Shown: positions 1 through 10,570 of the stretch, piece after piece | How the letters are laid out: every line of letters begins with the position of its first letter | How positions within the stretch are numbered: position 1 is the stretch's first letter | NCBI GenBank assembly: GCA_963746845.1 | Contig: CAVVCZ010000004.1 | Span: forward strand, 480,001 to 544,000 | DNA from: an uncultured Chloroflexia bacterium | GTDB taxonomy: Bacteria > Chloroflexota > Limnocylindria > Limnocylindrales > CSP1-4 | Length of the DNA: 64,000 bases | Direction of reading: 5' to 3' | The notes under the pieces: generated by a model | The model's input: only the letters and a program-made list of their open reading frames with translations | Database searches by the model: none | Told to the model about the DNA's origin: nothing | Made by a program: the position numbers and the translations under genes

Positions 1-65
1 AGCTCCTGACCGCGAGCGGGATCGTCAGACCGGCGGCGACGGCCGGTCGGCGCTAGCGGGCGAGT

Positions 66-959
66 GTGACGGATCCGCGGCCGATCGGGGTCTTCGACTC
101 GGGCGTCGGCGGGCTCACCGTCCTCCGCGAGATCCTTCGGCGGACCCCGAACGAGTCCACGATCTACCTGGGTGACAACCTCCGCGCGCCCTACGGCGTG
201 CGCCCGGACGACGAGGTTCGCTCGTTCTCGATCGAGGCCCTCGACGAGCTGGCGGCCCGGGACGTCAAGGCGATCGTCGTGGCCTGCAACACCTCGACGG
301 CGGTCGCGCTCGGCGATTTCCGGCGGCGGTACGACCTGCCGATCCTCGGCGTCGTCCGCCCCGGGGCGGTGACGGCGGCACTGACGACACGGAACCGGCG
401 AGTCGGGGTCATCGCGACCCCGGCGACGGTCCGCTCGCACGCCTACTTCAACGCGATCAAGGACGAGAACCCCGCGGTCGAGGTGTACGAGCACGCCACG
501 CCCGCGTTCGTGCCCCTGGTCGAGGCAGGCCGGCTCGGGGGCGAGGTCGTCGAGCGCATCGTCACCGAATCCCTCGCGGCGCTCCTCGGCGAGCGCGACG
601 CGGCCGGGGAGTTCGTGTTCCCGCTCCCGCCCTCGGCGCGGATCGACACGCTGCTCCTCGGGTGCACCCACTATCCGCTGCTCAGCGAGGTGATCTCGGG
701 CGTCGCCGGCGAGGGCGTCGCGATCGTGGACTCCGCGACGGCGACGGCGTCAGCGCTCGTCGAGCTGCTGGCGATCAACGGCCTCGAGGCACCCGAGCCG
801 GGGCCCGGCAGTGCGACCGGCGGCGGCGCGAACGTCGCCCCCGCGCATGTCCAGCTGACCACCGGCGACGTCGACGCGTTCCGGGTCGTGGCCGAACGGA
901 TCTTCGGCGAGGCGTTCCCGGATGTGGCGTCCGTGGACGTCGCTGCGGTGCCCTCGTGA
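66..959 (+). CDS. murI: Glutamate racemase
   Basis: PIGVFDSGVGGLTV, ACNTS and LGCTHYP motifs with both catalytic Cys. Confidence 0.96.
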   Translation: MTDPRPIGVFDSGVGGLTVLREILRRTPNESTIYLGDNLRAPYGVRPDDEVRSFSIEALDELAARDVKAIVVACNTSTAVALGDFRRRYDLPILGVVRPGAVTAALTTRNRRVGVIATPATVRSHAYFNAIKDENPAVEVYEHATPAFVPLVEAGRLGGEVVERIVTESLAALLGERDAAGEFVFPLPPSARIDTLLLGCTHYPLLSEVISGVAGEGVAIVDSATATASALVELLAINGLEAPEPGPGSATGGGANVAPAHVQLTTGDVDAFRVVAERIFGEAFPDVASVDVAAVPS

Positions 960-1030
960 CGGCCCGTGCGTGACGGCTCAGCCGGGATGCCGCGCGTCAC
1001 TCGACGCCGGGACGTGACAGGATGTCCGTC

Positions 1031-2254
1031 ATGAGCCAGAACCAGCGATCCACCGGTTCCGCCCGTCCGGCCTGGCGCGACGACCGCGTCTGGCAGGCCG
1101 GGTTCCTCGTCGGCTCGGCGCTCGGTGCCGCGGCAACGGTGATCGGCCGGCGCGCCGAGCAGGCGGCCCGACAGGGCCTCGTCGACTGGCCCGCGGCCGA
1201 ACGCGTCGCGATCGGGCGCCTGCGGGCCACCCCCGGCACGCTGGCCCCGGCGGAGCTCCGCGCGACCGAGCCGTTGTACGCCGACGCCATGGGGCGGATC
1301 GTTCCGCGGCTCTCGGCCGCGCTGGGGACAGAGCTGCCGGGCGTGGTGGAACGATCGGCGGTCGTCGACCGGGCGGGCTGGGTCCACGCGAACATCGCCA
1401 CCTTCGCCCAGCTGATCGGCCAGCTCGAGACCGAGCTGCTCGATCAGGTGATGCCGGCCGGCGGCGGGCTCGCGAAGGCGACCATGGCCCTCGCCAACCG
1501 ATGGGTGACGACCCGCCAGCTGGGCTACCTGCTCGGCTTCATGGGCTCGAAGGTCCTCGGCCAGTACGACCTCGCCCTGCTGACCGCCGAGGCGACGCCC
1601 GGCAAGCTGCTCTTCGTCGAAGAGAACATCCGCCAGACCGCGAAGGTCCTCGACGTCCCGCTCGAGCCGTTCCGGACGTGGATCGCGTTGCACGAGACGA
1701 CCCACGCGTTCGAGTTCGAGGCCCATCCGTGGCTCCGCCCGTACCTCGCCGAGCGCCTGGAGCGGCAGCTTCGGCTGTTCGGCAAGGAGGCGAGCGGGCT
1801 CGGTCGCGAGGCGCTCCGGAGCCTGGGTCGCGCGATCCGCGGCGACAGTGACGGCGCCGAGCACTGGCTCGAGCGGCTGATGACGGACGAGCAGCGGACC
1901 CTCTTCCGCGAGACCCAGGCCGTGATGAGCCTGCTCGAGGGGTTCAGCGACTACGTGATGGACGAGGTCGGGCGTGACCTCGTGCCCGGGGTCGAACGGA
2001 TCAGCGCGAAGTTCCACGAGCGTCGCCAGGCGCGCAAGTCGCCGTTCGAGCGGGCGGTGATGCGGCTGACCGGCATGGACGTGAAGATGGAGCAGTACCG
2101 GAAGGGCGAGCAGTTCGTGTCGGCCATCGCCGCCGCGGGCGGTCCGCCCGCGTTGAACCTCCTGTGGTCCGGTCCCGACGCCCTGCCACGCCACGGCGAG
2201 ATCGACGACCCGGCTGCCTGGCTGCGACGGATGGGAGCCGCGGCGAGCGCGTGA
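1031..2254 (+). CDS. Zinc-dependent metalloprotease (zincin-like, DUF2342-type putative hydrolase)
   Basis: IALHETTH (HExxH) and LLEGFSDYVMD motifs, KVLGQYD motif; start could be 1022. Confidence 0.85.
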   Translation: MSQNQRSTGSARPAWRDDRVWQAGFLVGSALGAAATVIGRRAEQAARQGLVDWPAAERVAIGRLRATPGTLAPAELRATEPLYADAMGRIVPRLSAALGTELPGVVERSAVVDRAGWVHANIATFAQLIGQLETELLDQVMPAGGGLAKATMALANRWVTTRQLGYLLGFMGSKVLGQYDLALLTAEATPGKLLFVEENIRQTAKVLDVPLEPFRTWIALHETTHAFEFEAHPWLRPYLAERLERQLRLFGKEASGLGREALRSLGRAIRGDSDGAEHWLERLMTDEQRTLFRETQAVMSLLEGFSDYVMDEVGRDLVPGVERISAKFHERRQARKSPFERAVMRLTGMDVKMEQYRKGEQFVSAIAAAGGPPALNLLWSGPDALPRHGEIDDPAAWLRRMGAAASA

Positions 2255-3318
2255 CGACCGGTCAGCTCCGCCAGACCGCGGGACCCGGCTCCGGGGTCGG
2301 CGGCGCCCCACTGGCGATCGCGCTCTCGCCAATCCTGTCGGCGCGCTATCGGGCCCAGGACCTCGAACGGATCCGCGCGGCCGCGCCCGGTGCGCGGATC
2401 GTGACCTTGTCGCGCGAGGGCCTGACCGACGAGCCGGTCGACGACGTCGAGGTCCTCCTCCGCGGCTGGCTGTCCTCGGACGCATTCGACCGGCTGCTGG
2501 CCCGGGCGCCGCGCCTGACCTGGGTCCATTCGGCCTCGGCCGGGGTCGAGCGGGCGCTCACGCCCGCTGCCCGCGAGCGCGACCTTGTGATCACGAATGC
2601 CCGCGGCGTGTTCTCGCGGCCGATCGCCGAGTACGTCCTGATGATGATCCTGGCCGTCAGCCGACGGCTTCCCGGTCTCCTGGAGCTTCAGCGCGAGCGG
2701 ACGTGGCAGCCGCTCGAGGGAGTCGAGCTGCGCGACGTGACGGTCGGCATCGTGGGCCTGGGGTCGATCGGCCGAGCGGTCGGGGCGCTGGCGACCGCGT
2801 TCGGCTGCCGGGTGGTGGCGGTTCGGCGGCGGTCCGACGAAGGAGCCGCGGCATCCGTCGCTGACGGCGAGCCCCGCGCGTTCGGCGAGGTGATGCTGGA
2901 CCGGGTCGGTGGACCCGAGCTCCTGCCGGAGCTGCTCGGCGAGTCCGACTTCGTCGTCCTCGCGGCGCCCTTGACGGCGGCGACCCAGAACATGATCGAT
3001 GCGACCGCCCTCGCCTCGATGAAGCCGGGCGCCTGGCTGATCAACATCGCCCGCGGCGCGCTCATCGACGATCGGGCGCTGCTCAACGCCTTGCGCGACG
3101 GCCAGATCGGCGGCGCCGTCCTGGACACCTTCCGCGACGAGCCGCTTCCGCCGACGTCGCCGTTCTACGATCTGCCGAACGTGATCGTGACGCCCCACAC
3201 GTCGTGGTCGAGTGGTCGTGTGCTGGACCGCAGCGTCGAGCTGTTCTGCGACAACCTCCGCCGGTTCGCGACCGGCGAACCGCTGCTGAACGTCGTCGAT
3301 CCGACCGCGGGGTACTGA
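2251..3318 (+). CDS. D-2-hydroxyacid dehydrogenase
   Basis: GIVGLGSIG Rossmann motif, LINIARG, LDTFRDEPLP, TPHTS; GTG start overlaps the upstream stop. Confidence 0.9.
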   Translation: MTTGQLRQTAGPGSGVGGAPLAIALSPILSARYRAQDLERIRAAAPGARIVTLSREGLTDEPVDDVEVLLRGWLSSDAFDRLLARAPRLTWVHSASAGVERALTPAARERDLVITNARGVFSRPIAEYVLMMILAVSRRLPGLLELQRERTWQPLEGVELRDVTVGIVGLGSIGRAVGALATAFGCRVVAVRRRSDEGAAASVADGEPRAFGEVMLDRVGGPELLPELLGESDFVVLAAPLTAATQNMIDATALASMKPGAWLINIARGALIDDRALLNALRDGQIGGAVLDTFRDEPLPPTSPFYDLPNVIVTPHTSWSSGRVLDRSVELFCDNLRRFATGEPLLNVVDPTAGY

Positions 3319-3423
3319 CCGGGCGACCTGCGGTTCGCGACCACGTCTCGGCCTCGTCGCTGTCCCGTCGGATCGTCCGATTGCGCACGCCGCCGGAAAC
3401 CACTCCCCGTCCTCGCCGGTCCG

Positions 3424-3503
3424 TCCGAGTTCGGAGTCCGGAAACGGACAATCGGGTCTCGGGCGTTCCGCCGTTCGGTCCGACCTCGGAGTCCGATGTC
3501 GGA
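3424..3503. repeat. Three TCCGA-N2-TCGGA palindromes in the intergenic region upstream of ychF
   Basis: Palindromes at 3424-3435, 3479-3490 and 3492-3503; near-identical 18-mers GTCCGANNTCGGAGTCCG at 3423 and 3478. Confidence 0.6.
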
Positions 3504-3625
3504 TGATCCGTCGGAGAACCAGGGTAATCTCGCGCGGCGTTCGATCTCGGACCATCGGAACGGCGAGCGGGCCGCGGAGGCTCCCACAACCGCCGGACCG
3601 CCGGGGAGACCGGTAGGATCGCTCG

Positions 3626-4729
3626 ATGCAGATCGCGATCGTCGGGCTGGCCGGGGCGGGCAAGACCACCGTCTTCAACACGCTGACCCGGGGCCATGCC
3701 GACACCGGGGGCTTCGGCGGGATGGAACTCCACGTCGGCGTCGTCAAGGTCCCCGATGAGCGCCTCGACCGGCTCGCCGCGATCTTCAAGCCGAAGAAGA
3801 TCGTCCAGGCGGACGTCACGTACGTCGACCTGCCCGCGCCGCCCGCGTCGACGGAGGGTCACGTCGGGACGGAGGACCTGCCCGCGGAGCACCTCGCGCG
3901 GCTGCGGGACTCGGATGCGCTCCTCCACGTCGTCCGCGCGTTCGAGGATCCGTCGAACCCGCACCCGGAGGGCTCGGTCGACCCGGCCCGCGACCTCGAC
4001 CGGCTGGACACCGAGTTCCTCCTCGCCGACCTGGCCCTCGTCGATCGCCGGCTCGAGCGGCTGAAGACGTCCGGCCGCCACGGCACGCCCGCCGAGCGGG
4101 AGTCGAACGAGCGCGAGGAGGCCGTCCTCGTCCGTCTCGACGCCTCGCTCCAGGCGGGCTCGCCGATCCGGGACGTCGCCCTCGAGCCGGAGGAGGAGAA
4201 GGCGATCCGCGGCTTCCGGTTCCTGACCCAGAAGCCCGTGCTCGTTCTCCTGAACATCGGCGAGGGCGAGATCGCCGCGGCCCCGACCCGGGTCGCGACG
4301 CTCGCGGCCGACTACGGGCACGACAGCACGCTCGTCGATGCGCTGTCCGCCCGGATCGAGATGGAGCTCGGCGAGCTGGAGCCGGACGAGGCCGCGGTGT
4401 TCTCGGAGGAGCTCGGGATCGCGGAGTCCGGCCTCGACCGGGTGATCGCCCTCAGCTACCGCCTGCTCGGGCTGATCTCGTTCCTGACCGCCGGCCCGGA
4501 CGAGGTCCGCGCCTGGCCGATCCGCGACGGCTCCAACGCCGTCGACGCCGCGGGTGCCATCCACACGGATCTCGCGAAGGGCTTCATCCGGGCGGAGACG
4601 GTCGCGTACGACGACCTGCTCACGCTCGGTTCGATGGCCGAGGCGAAGAAGGCCGGCAAGCTCCGCTCGGAGGGAAAGACCTACCGGGTCCGTGACGGCG
4701 ACGTCGTCGAGATCCTGTTCAGCCGGTAG
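3626..4729 (+). CDS. ychF: YchF/Obg-family ATPase (divergent)
   Basis: VKVPDERLD, LLHVVRAF, AGAIHTDLAKGFIRAE and EGKTYRVRDGD motifs; -10 TAGGAT 6 nt before the ATG. Confidence 0.9.
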   Translation: MQIAIVGLAGAGKTTVFNTLTRGHADTGGFGGMELHVGVVKVPDERLDRLAAIFKPKKIVQADVTYVDLPAPPASTEGHVGTEDLPAEHLARLRDSDALLHVVRAFEDPSNPHPEGSVDPARDLDRLDTEFLLADLALVDRRLERLKTSGRHGTPAERESNEREEAVLVRLDASLQAGSPIRDVALEPEEEKAIRGFRFLTQKPVLVLLNIGEGEIAAAPTRVATLAADYGHDSTLVDALSARIEMELGELEPDEAAVFSEELGIAESGLDRVIALSYRLLGLISFLTAGPDEVRAWPIRDGSNAVDAAGAIHTDLAKGFIRAETVAYDDLLTLGSMAEAKKAGKLRSEGKTYRVRDGDVVEILFSR

Positions 4730-4741
4730 GCCCGCAGGCAG

Positions 4742-4762
4742 GCCATCCGAGTTGCGGATGGC
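4742..4762. terminator. Hairpin between convergent genes
   Basis: GCCATCCG-AGTTG-CGGATGGC perfect 8-bp stem. Confidence 0.5.
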
Positions 4763-4789
4763 ACACTGCCACCGCGGCGAGCAGGGCGG

Positions 4790-5158
4790 TCAGTTCGTGC
4801 GGCCGCCCTCGCCGTCGGGGTCGAACTCCGCGACCACCGACCGGAAGTCGGCGTCCCGCTCGTCGTCGAAGTCGTCGTCCTCCGGGCCGATGTCCGCGAG
4901 GAAGTTCTCGCTCTCCACGGTCGAGACGTTGACCGCGGCGGAGAGCCGCTCGTCCGAGATGAAGATGAAGCCATGCTCGCGTTCGAGCTCGACGGCGATC
5001 GCCTCGATCAGCGTATCGTCCTCGTAGGACTCCTGGATGCGCCGGCGGATCTGCTGGACGAGCTCGAAGAAGTCGTCCGGATCCATCTCGTCGTCGCGCG
5101 CGAGAAGGACGTCGGAAAAGACCTCTTCGTCGCCCTCGTGCAGTTCGTAGAAGTTCAA
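4790..5158 (-). CDS. Acidic hypothetical protein (~122 aa)
   Basis: TTG start preceded by GGAG; typical codon usage; sequence MNFYELHEGDEEVFSD... Confidence 0.7.
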   Translation of the reverse strand: MNFYELHEGDEEVFSDVLLARDDEMDPDDFFELVQQIRRRIQESYEDDTLIEAIAVELEREHGFIFISDERLSAAVNVSTVESENFLADIGPEDDDFDDERDADFRSVVAEFDPDGEGGRTN

Positions 5159-5255
5159 ACGCCGGCTCCGGTCGGGGGAGGGATGGGATGGACGGTCAGT
5201 ATCGCATGCAGCCTCCCGCCCCTGACATGACGCTCTCCGACGAACCGACGCCCGG

Positions 5256-6248
5256 ATGACGGAGCCCGCCGGGACCCCGACCGTCGTCGTCGTCGGAGCC
5301 GCGGCACGGGACCTCGTCGGCGACGATCCACGCGGGTGGCGGCTCGGGGGCGGGGTCTCGTACTCCGCGCTGACGACGGCCAATCTCGGTCTGGCGACCG
5401 GCGCCGTGATCGGCGTCGACGACGAGGCGGCGTCGTCCGCCGAGATCGAGATGCTCCGGGAGGCCGGCGTCGACGTCCGGCTCGTGCGGCTGGACCGCGG
5501 CCCGGTCTTCGTGAACATCGAGCGGCCGGAGGGCCGCCTCCAGCTGTGCGAGGAACGGTCCGATCCCGTCCCGGTCGAGTCCGTCCCGGCGGCCTGGCGC
5601 GACGCGCCTGGCTGGATCCTCGCGCCGGTCGCGGCCGAGCTGCCGCCGGACTGGGCAGACCTGCCGCCTCCCGGCGCGTACGTCGCGCTCGGCTGGCAGG
5701 GGCTGCTCCGCGAGCTCGTTCCGGGCGAGCCGACGCATCACGTCGAGCCGCATCGCGATCCGATCGTCCTGCGAGCGAACCTCGTCGGTCTGTCCCGGGA
5801 CGACGTCGAGCGCGACACCACCCTGGCCGACCTCTATCGGATGGTCGGGCACGGCAACCTGCTGGCCGTCACCCACGGCGACCAGGGTGGGCTGATCGTC
5901 CACGGGACGCATCGCGACGAGCATGGCGAGAGCGTCCTCGAGCTCCGCCACTACCCGTCGATCCTGAGTCACGCCCCGGTCGACCCGACCGGTGCGGGCG
6001 ACGTGTTCCTCGCCGCCCTCGCCGCGGCCCGGATCGAGCCACGGCTCGTCGGGGGCCGGATCGCCCAGGGCCTCGACCTGCTGCTGGCCGCGGCAGCCGC
6101 GTCGCTCGTTCTCGAGGGCCCGGGGCTGCACGGCGTCCCGACCCGAACCGCGGTTCGCGGGCGGATGGCGGACGGGCTGGGGCGGGCGGTGGCGGCGCCC
6201 GCGATCATGGCGGCTCCCCCCACGAACGGAGCCGGCCCGGCCGACTGA
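5256..6248 (+). CDS. PfkB-family carbohydrate kinase
   Basis: LGGGVSYSA N-terminal motif and DPTGAGDVF C-terminal signature. Confidence 0.88.
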   Translation: MTEPAGTPTVVVVGAAARDLVGDDPRGWRLGGGVSYSALTTANLGLATGAVIGVDDEAASSAEIEMLREAGVDVRLVRLDRGPVFVNIERPEGRLQLCEERSDPVPVESVPAAWRDAPGWILAPVAAELPPDWADLPPPGAYVALGWQGLLRELVPGEPTHHVEPHRDPIVLRANLVGLSRDDVERDTTLADLYRMVGHGNLLAVTHGDQGGLIVHGTHRDEHGESVLELRHYPSILSHAPVDPTGAGDVFLAALAAARIEPRLVGGRIAQGLDLLLAAAAASLVLEGPGLHGVPTRTAVRGRMADGLGRAVAAPAIMAAPPTNGAGPAD

Positions 6249-6251
6249 GCG

Positions 6252-7301
6252 TCAGCCGGTGGGGCCCGGTCCGGTGGAGCCGCGCACCTCGAGATGAACG
6301 GGCAGCACGAGCCGGGGAGCGGGCGCGGCGTCGGCGCTCGATCCGTTCCCGGTCGCGACGCCGGCCAGCCGTTCGGTGAGCGTCGCGACCGCCCATCGGC
6401 CCATCTCCGCGGTCTCCTGCCGGATCGTCGTCAGGGCCGGCTCGGCGTAGGCCGCGAAGGCGACGTCGTCGAAGCCCACGATGCTGAGGTCGTCCGGGAC
6501 GTGCAGGCCGTGCCGCCGGATCGCCCGGAGCGCCCCGATCGCCATCAGGTCGTTGTACGCGATGACCGCCGTGGGACGGCTCCGCCCGCCCGCGGACAGG
6601 ATCTCGTCCATCGCGACCTCGCCGCCGGGGACCGTCGGCGCCCCGCTCCCGATCATCGGACCGGCGGCGCGCGGGTCGACGCCCGCCGCCTCGAGCTCGT
6701 CCCGGACGCCCGCCAGCCGCTCCGGTGCGTCCAGGTTCCGGGGCGGGGGCATCAGGTAGCCGAACCGGCGATGTCCGAGGTCGAGCAGGTGGCGCGCGGC
6801 GGCTCGACCACCCGCGTGGTTGTCGGAGGCAACCGAGGGGAGATCGACGTTCGAGGCGTTGGTGTTGACGAGGACGACCGGCAGCGGCGCGCTCGCCAGC
6901 CACTCGCGCTGGCGCATGCCGATCGTGCTCGCCGCGATGATCAACCCGTCGACCCGCCGCTCCACGAGGATGTCGAGGTAGGAGGCCTCGCGCTCCGGAT
7001 CCTCGTCGGCATTGCACAGCAGGATCGCGTAGCCCTCGGCGTTCGCGGCGTCCTCCACGGCGCGGACGAGCTGCGGGAAGTACGGGTTCTCGATGTCGGT
7101 GACGATCAGGCCGAGCGTCAGCGTCGCCCGCCGCTTCAGCGAGCGAGCGACGAGGGACGGCCGGAAGTCGAGCTCCCGGGCGGCGACGAGGACACGCTCG
7201 CGCGTCTCCGGCCGTGCCCGGCCCACCCCCGACAGCACGCGACTGACGGTCGCCGTCGAGACGCCCGCCTGGCGGGCAACGTCGGCGATCGTCGTGGCCA
7301 T
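6252..7301 (-). CDS. LacI-family transcriptional regulator of the inositol cluster
   Basis: TIADVARQAGVSTATVSRVL HTH; SIVGFDD and LTTIRQ motifs. Confidence 0.95.
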   Translation of the reverse strand: MATTIADVARQAGVSTATVSRVLSGVGRARPETRERVLVAARELDFRPSLVARSLKRRATLTLGLIVTDIENPYFPQLVRAVEDAANAEGYAILLCNADEDPEREASYLDILVERRVDGLIIAASTIGMRQREWLASAPLPVVLVNTNASNVDLPSVASDNHAGGRAAARHLLDLGHRRFGYLMPPPRNLDAPERLAGVRDELEAAGVDPRAAGPMIGSGAPTVPGGEVAMDEILSAGGRSRPTAVIAYNDLMAIGALRAIRRHGLHVPDDLSIVGFDDVAFAAYAEPALTTIRQETAEMGRWAVATLTERLAGVATGNGSSADAAPAPRLVLPVHLEVRGSTGPGPTG

Positions 7302-7309
7302 CGAAGGCC

Positions 7310-8230
7310 TCAGGGGTGCCCGGTCTCGTCGACGATGGGCACGGTATCGGGATCCGTCCCGATCGGGACGGCCGGGATGTCCTCGCCGGCGGCCTCGCGC
7401 TGGGCGAGCACCTTCAGGTCCGCCTGGAGCTCCTCGAGCTCGGAGCCGCCGCCCATCAGGGCATGGAGCTGCTCCGCGTTGAGCTCGCCCCGGCGGTAGG
7501 TGCCGCCCGATCGGCCGCGGGTGAGGATCGTGAACGAATCGCCGATCGGCAGCGCGTGCTGGACGTTGTGGGTGATGAAGATCACGCCGAGGCCCTTGTT
7601 CCGGGCCGCGATCGCGTGGCGCAGGACGATCGCCGATTCCTTGACCCCGAGCGCCGACGTGGGCTCGTCGAGGATCAGGACGCGGGCGCCGAAGTACTCC
7701 GCCCGGGCGATCGCCAGCGTCTGACGCTCGCCGCCGGACAGCGTCCCGACGAGCTGCTCGGTGTCGCGGACGTCGATCCCGATGTTGTGCATCTCCTCGC
7801 GCGCGATCGTCGCCGCCTTGGCGGCATCGAACCGGCGGAGCGGACCCCAGCCGATCGTCGGCTCGTTGCCGAGGAAGAAGTTCCGGCTGATGCTCATCAA
7901 CGGCATGACCGACAGGTCCTGGTAGACCGTCGCGATCCCCGCGTCGAGCGCGTCGCGCGGCGAGCTGAACGTCACCGGGTTGCCGTCGACGGCGAGCGTC
8001 CCGTCGTCGGGCGGATGGACGCCCGAGAGCGTCTTGATCAGGGTCGACTTGCCCGCGCCGTTGTCCCCGAGCAGGCAGGTGACCTGGCCCGAGCGGACCT
8101 CGATCGACACGCCCTCCAGGGCGACGACCGCCCCGAAGTACTTCGAGATGTTGCGGGCCTCGAGGAGGGGCGGATCCTGGGATCCGCCGGGATCGGGGGT
8201 ACCGGCCGGTGCGGCCGAGGTCATCGTCAT
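7310..8230 (-). CDS. Sugar (inositol) ABC transporter ATP-binding protein
   Basis: GDNGAGKS Walker A, LSGGERQ signature, ILDEPT; AAGGAGG RBS; the ORF-track extension upstream is spurious. Confidence 0.93.
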   Translation of the reverse strand: MTMTSAAPAGTPDPGGSQDPPLLEARNISKYFGAVVALEGVSIEVRSGQVTCLLGDNGAGKSTLIKTLSGVHPPDDGTLAVDGNPVTFSSPRDALDAGIATVYQDLSVMPLMSISRNFFLGNEPTIGWGPLRRFDAAKAATIAREEMHNIGIDVRDTEQLVGTLSGGERQTLAIARAEYFGARVLILDEPTSALGVKESAIVLRHAIAARNKGLGVIFITHNVQHALPIGDSFTILTRGRSGGTYRRGELNAEQLHALMGGGSELEELQADLKVLAQREAAGEDIPAVPIGTDPDTVPIVDETGHP

Positions 8231-8241
8231 CACGGGCCTCC

Positions 8242-9321
8242 TTACCGCAGCCCGGCGAACCGGCGCCGGATGAAGTTGTTGAGCACGACCGCCGTGAGGA
8301 GCAGGGTCCCCGTGGCGATCTTGTTCCAGTCGGCGTTGATGCTCGCGAACACGATCCCGATCTGGGCCATGCCGAGCGCCAGCGCGCCCAGCGCCGTGCC
8401 GACGACCGAGCCGTACCCGCCGGTCAGCAGACAGCCGCCGATGACGGCCGTCGTGATGGCCGTCAGCTCGAGGCCGCCACCGCGCAGGATGTCGGCCGAG
8501 CTGAACCGCATCGACTGGATCGCGGCGAGGATCGAGGCGGACAGTGCGGTGAGCGCGAACAGGGTGATCTTCACCCGCGCCACCGGGACCCCGAGGTTGC
8601 GGGCCGCGGCCGGTGAGCCGCCGACGCCGGCGATCCAGTTGCCGAACTTGCGGCGGCCGAGGATGTAGGCGCCGATGGCCGCGATGACGACCCACCACAC
8701 GATCGACACCTGGAAGTCGACCGTCTGCCCGTCGATCACGAACGAGTACTTCCAGTTGAAGAGGCCGGCGAGCGGGTCGGCCGCGATCCGGGCCGGGTCG
8801 ATCGGGATGTAGGTGATGTTCGTCACGATCGAGGTCATGACCGACGACAGGCCGGCGATGATGAACAGCGTGGCCAGCGTGACGATGAACGACGGGAGGC
8901 CGGTCCGGACCACGATGAACCCGTTGACCGCGCCGAGGGCGGTGGCGGCGGCCATCGCGATCAGGATCGACAGCCAGATCGGGAGCCCCCAGATCGTCGA
9001 GCAGATCCCGATGAGGATCCCGGCGAAGCCGACCATCGAGCCGACCGACAGGTCGAACTCGCCGGCGATCATCAGGAGCGCGACGGCCGTTCCCACGACG
9101 CCGGCCTGGGCCGCGACGTCGAGGTAGCCGAGCGTGCCCTGGATGCTGTAGAAGGCGTTCGTCCCGCGGGCGACCGAGAGAACGAGGAACACCAGCCAGA
9201 CGAACACGACGATGACGAGCGCGCCGGCGGCCGGTCGCGCCAGGAGCCGTTGGGCGAGGGAGACGCGGCGGAGTCGCTCGGGGGCGGGTGCAGGGCCGGC
9301 GTCGGCGGTGGTGGTCGCCAT
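8242..9321 (-). CDS. Sugar (inositol) ABC transporter permease
   Basis: [16 protein letters not shown] and [10 protein letters not shown] motifs; many TM helices. Confidence 0.93.
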   Translation of the reverse strand: MATTTADAGPAPAPERLRRVSLAQRLLARPAAGALVIVVFVWLVFLVLSVARGTNAFYSIQGTLGYLDVAAQAGVVGTAVALLMIAGEFDLSVGSMVGFAGILIGICSTIWGLPIWLSILIAMAAATALGAVNGFIVVRTGLPSFIVTLATLFIIAGLSSVMTSIVTNITYIPIDPARIAADPLAGLFNWKYSFVIDGQTVDFQVSIVWWVVIAAIGAYILGRRKFGNWIAGVGGSPAAARNLGVPVARVKITLFALTALSASILAAIQSMRFSSADILRGGGLELTAITTAVIGGCLLTGGYGSVVGTALGALALGMAQIGIVFASINADWNKIATGTLLLTAVVLNNFIRRRFAGLR

Positions 9322-9345
9322 CGAAGCCTCCGGAGTGGCGAGTGG

Positions 9346-9400
9346 GGGAGGGACCGGGCCCGCGGCCCGGCCCCTCCCGAGGCGTCGGTCGCCCGACGCC
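9346..9400. terminator. Two intercistronic hairpins downstream of the binding-protein gene (mRNA stabiliser or partial terminator)
   Basis: GGGAGGGACCGGGCC-CGC-GGCCCGGCCCCTCCC and GGCGTCGG-TCGC-CCGACGCC. Confidence 0.55.
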
Positions 9401-9413
9401 CATGAGCGTCAGG

Positions 9414-10421
9414 TCAGCGCAGCCCCTTCGCCGCGAGGGCGATGACGTTGGCCGCGTTGTCCTTGGTGACGAAGCCCGGGCCGGTCATGATCAGGCCGGT
9501 CCCGTCGCCCGTCGGCAGGTTCCCCGTCTCTGCGTAGTTCGTGAGGATCACGATCGGCAGATAGCCCTGGAGGAACTGCTGCTGGTCGATGGCGAAGTCC
9601 ATCTTGCCGTCCTTGATCGCCGTCAGGACGTCGGCGCTCAGGTCGAAGGTCGCGAGATGGATCTGCTTGCCGGACGCCGCGACGGCCGCGAGGGCTGGCC
9701 CCGCCACCGACGGTCCCAGGGTCAGGATCCCGTCGATCGTCGGATCGGCCTGGATCGCGGCAGCGATCGCGGCCTGCATGCCGGCCGGATCGGAGATCTT
9801 GCCGGTCAGGATCTTGTCCTTGCCGTCGATGCCGAGCGCCTGGAAGAAGCCGTTGCAGCGCAGGGTCAGCGCCTGGTTGCCGACCTCCTGGTTGAAGCAA
9901 CGCGGGTTCTTCACGCCCGCGTCCTTGAACCGCTGTCCGGCGCCGATTCCCGCCTGGAGCTCGGTCTGCCCGACGTGGGCGAGGATCCCGAGGCTCTTGA
10001 ACACGTCGGAGCCCGAGTTCATCGAGACGACGGGGATGCCGGCCGCCACGGCCTTCTTGATCGACGGGCTCAGCGCGTCGGCGTTCGGGATCGAGACGAC
10101 GAGGCCGGTCGGCTTCTTCGCGACGGCCGCGTCGATCAGGGCGGACATGCCGGGCATGTCGCTTTCCGCGCCCGGTGCGCTGTAGTTCGCGGTGACACCC
10201 ATGTCGGCCGCGCCGGCCTTGACGCCGTTGCGGACGACGCCCCAGAACCCGTCCTGGGCCTGGCCGTGGGTCACGATCTCGATCTTGATGTCGCCGCGCT
10301 TCACGAGCGCGCCGTCGGGTCCCTTCGCCGTGCCACCGCCGGACGGCGAGGCCGTCGCGTTGCAGGCGGACAGGACGATGGCGAAGCCCGCGACCAGTCC
10401 GAGCACCTTGCGTGTGTGCAT
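9414..10421 (-). CDS. Sugar ABC transporter substrate-binding lipoprotein
   Basis: LSAC lipobox; VTHG..DGFW, ATFDLS and [11 protein letters not shown] motifs typical of inositol-type binding proteins. Confidence 0.92.
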   Translation of the reverse strand: MHTRKVLGLVAGFAIVLSACNATASPSGGGTAKGPDGALVKRGDIKIEIVTHGQAQDGFWGVVRNGVKAGAADMGVTANYSAPGAESDMPGMSALIDAAVAKKPTGLVVSIPNADALSPSIKKAVAAGIPVVSMNSGSDVFKSLGILAHVGQTELQAGIGAGQRFKDAGVKNPRCFNQEVGNQALTLRCNGFFQALGIDGKDKILTGKISDPAGMQAAIAAAIQADPTIDGILTLGPSVAGPALAAVAASGKQIHLATFDLSADVLTAIKDGKMDFAIDQQQFLQGYLPIVILTNYAETGNLPTGDGTGLIMTGPGFVTKDNAANVIALAAKGLR

Positions 10422-10570
10422 GCCGTTCGCTCCTCCATGGAATTGACCTTGGGCGGTCGATCGGTCCACGACCGATCACTCCGCGATCTCCGTCCTCCTT
10501 GTCACTGCGTCCGGATCGTCCATCGACCCGTCGACGCCGGCACCTCCTTTCACCGACCGGAACCGGTCGA

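Noticed and set aside
1-56. Possible 3' end of an upstream CDS (stop TAG at 54-56)
   Set aside because: Too short to support or identify
5256-6248. PfkB kinase as the missing IolC
   Set aside because: It is transcribed convergently, lies outside the LacI-controlled operons and lacks recognisable IolC features; not fully excluded
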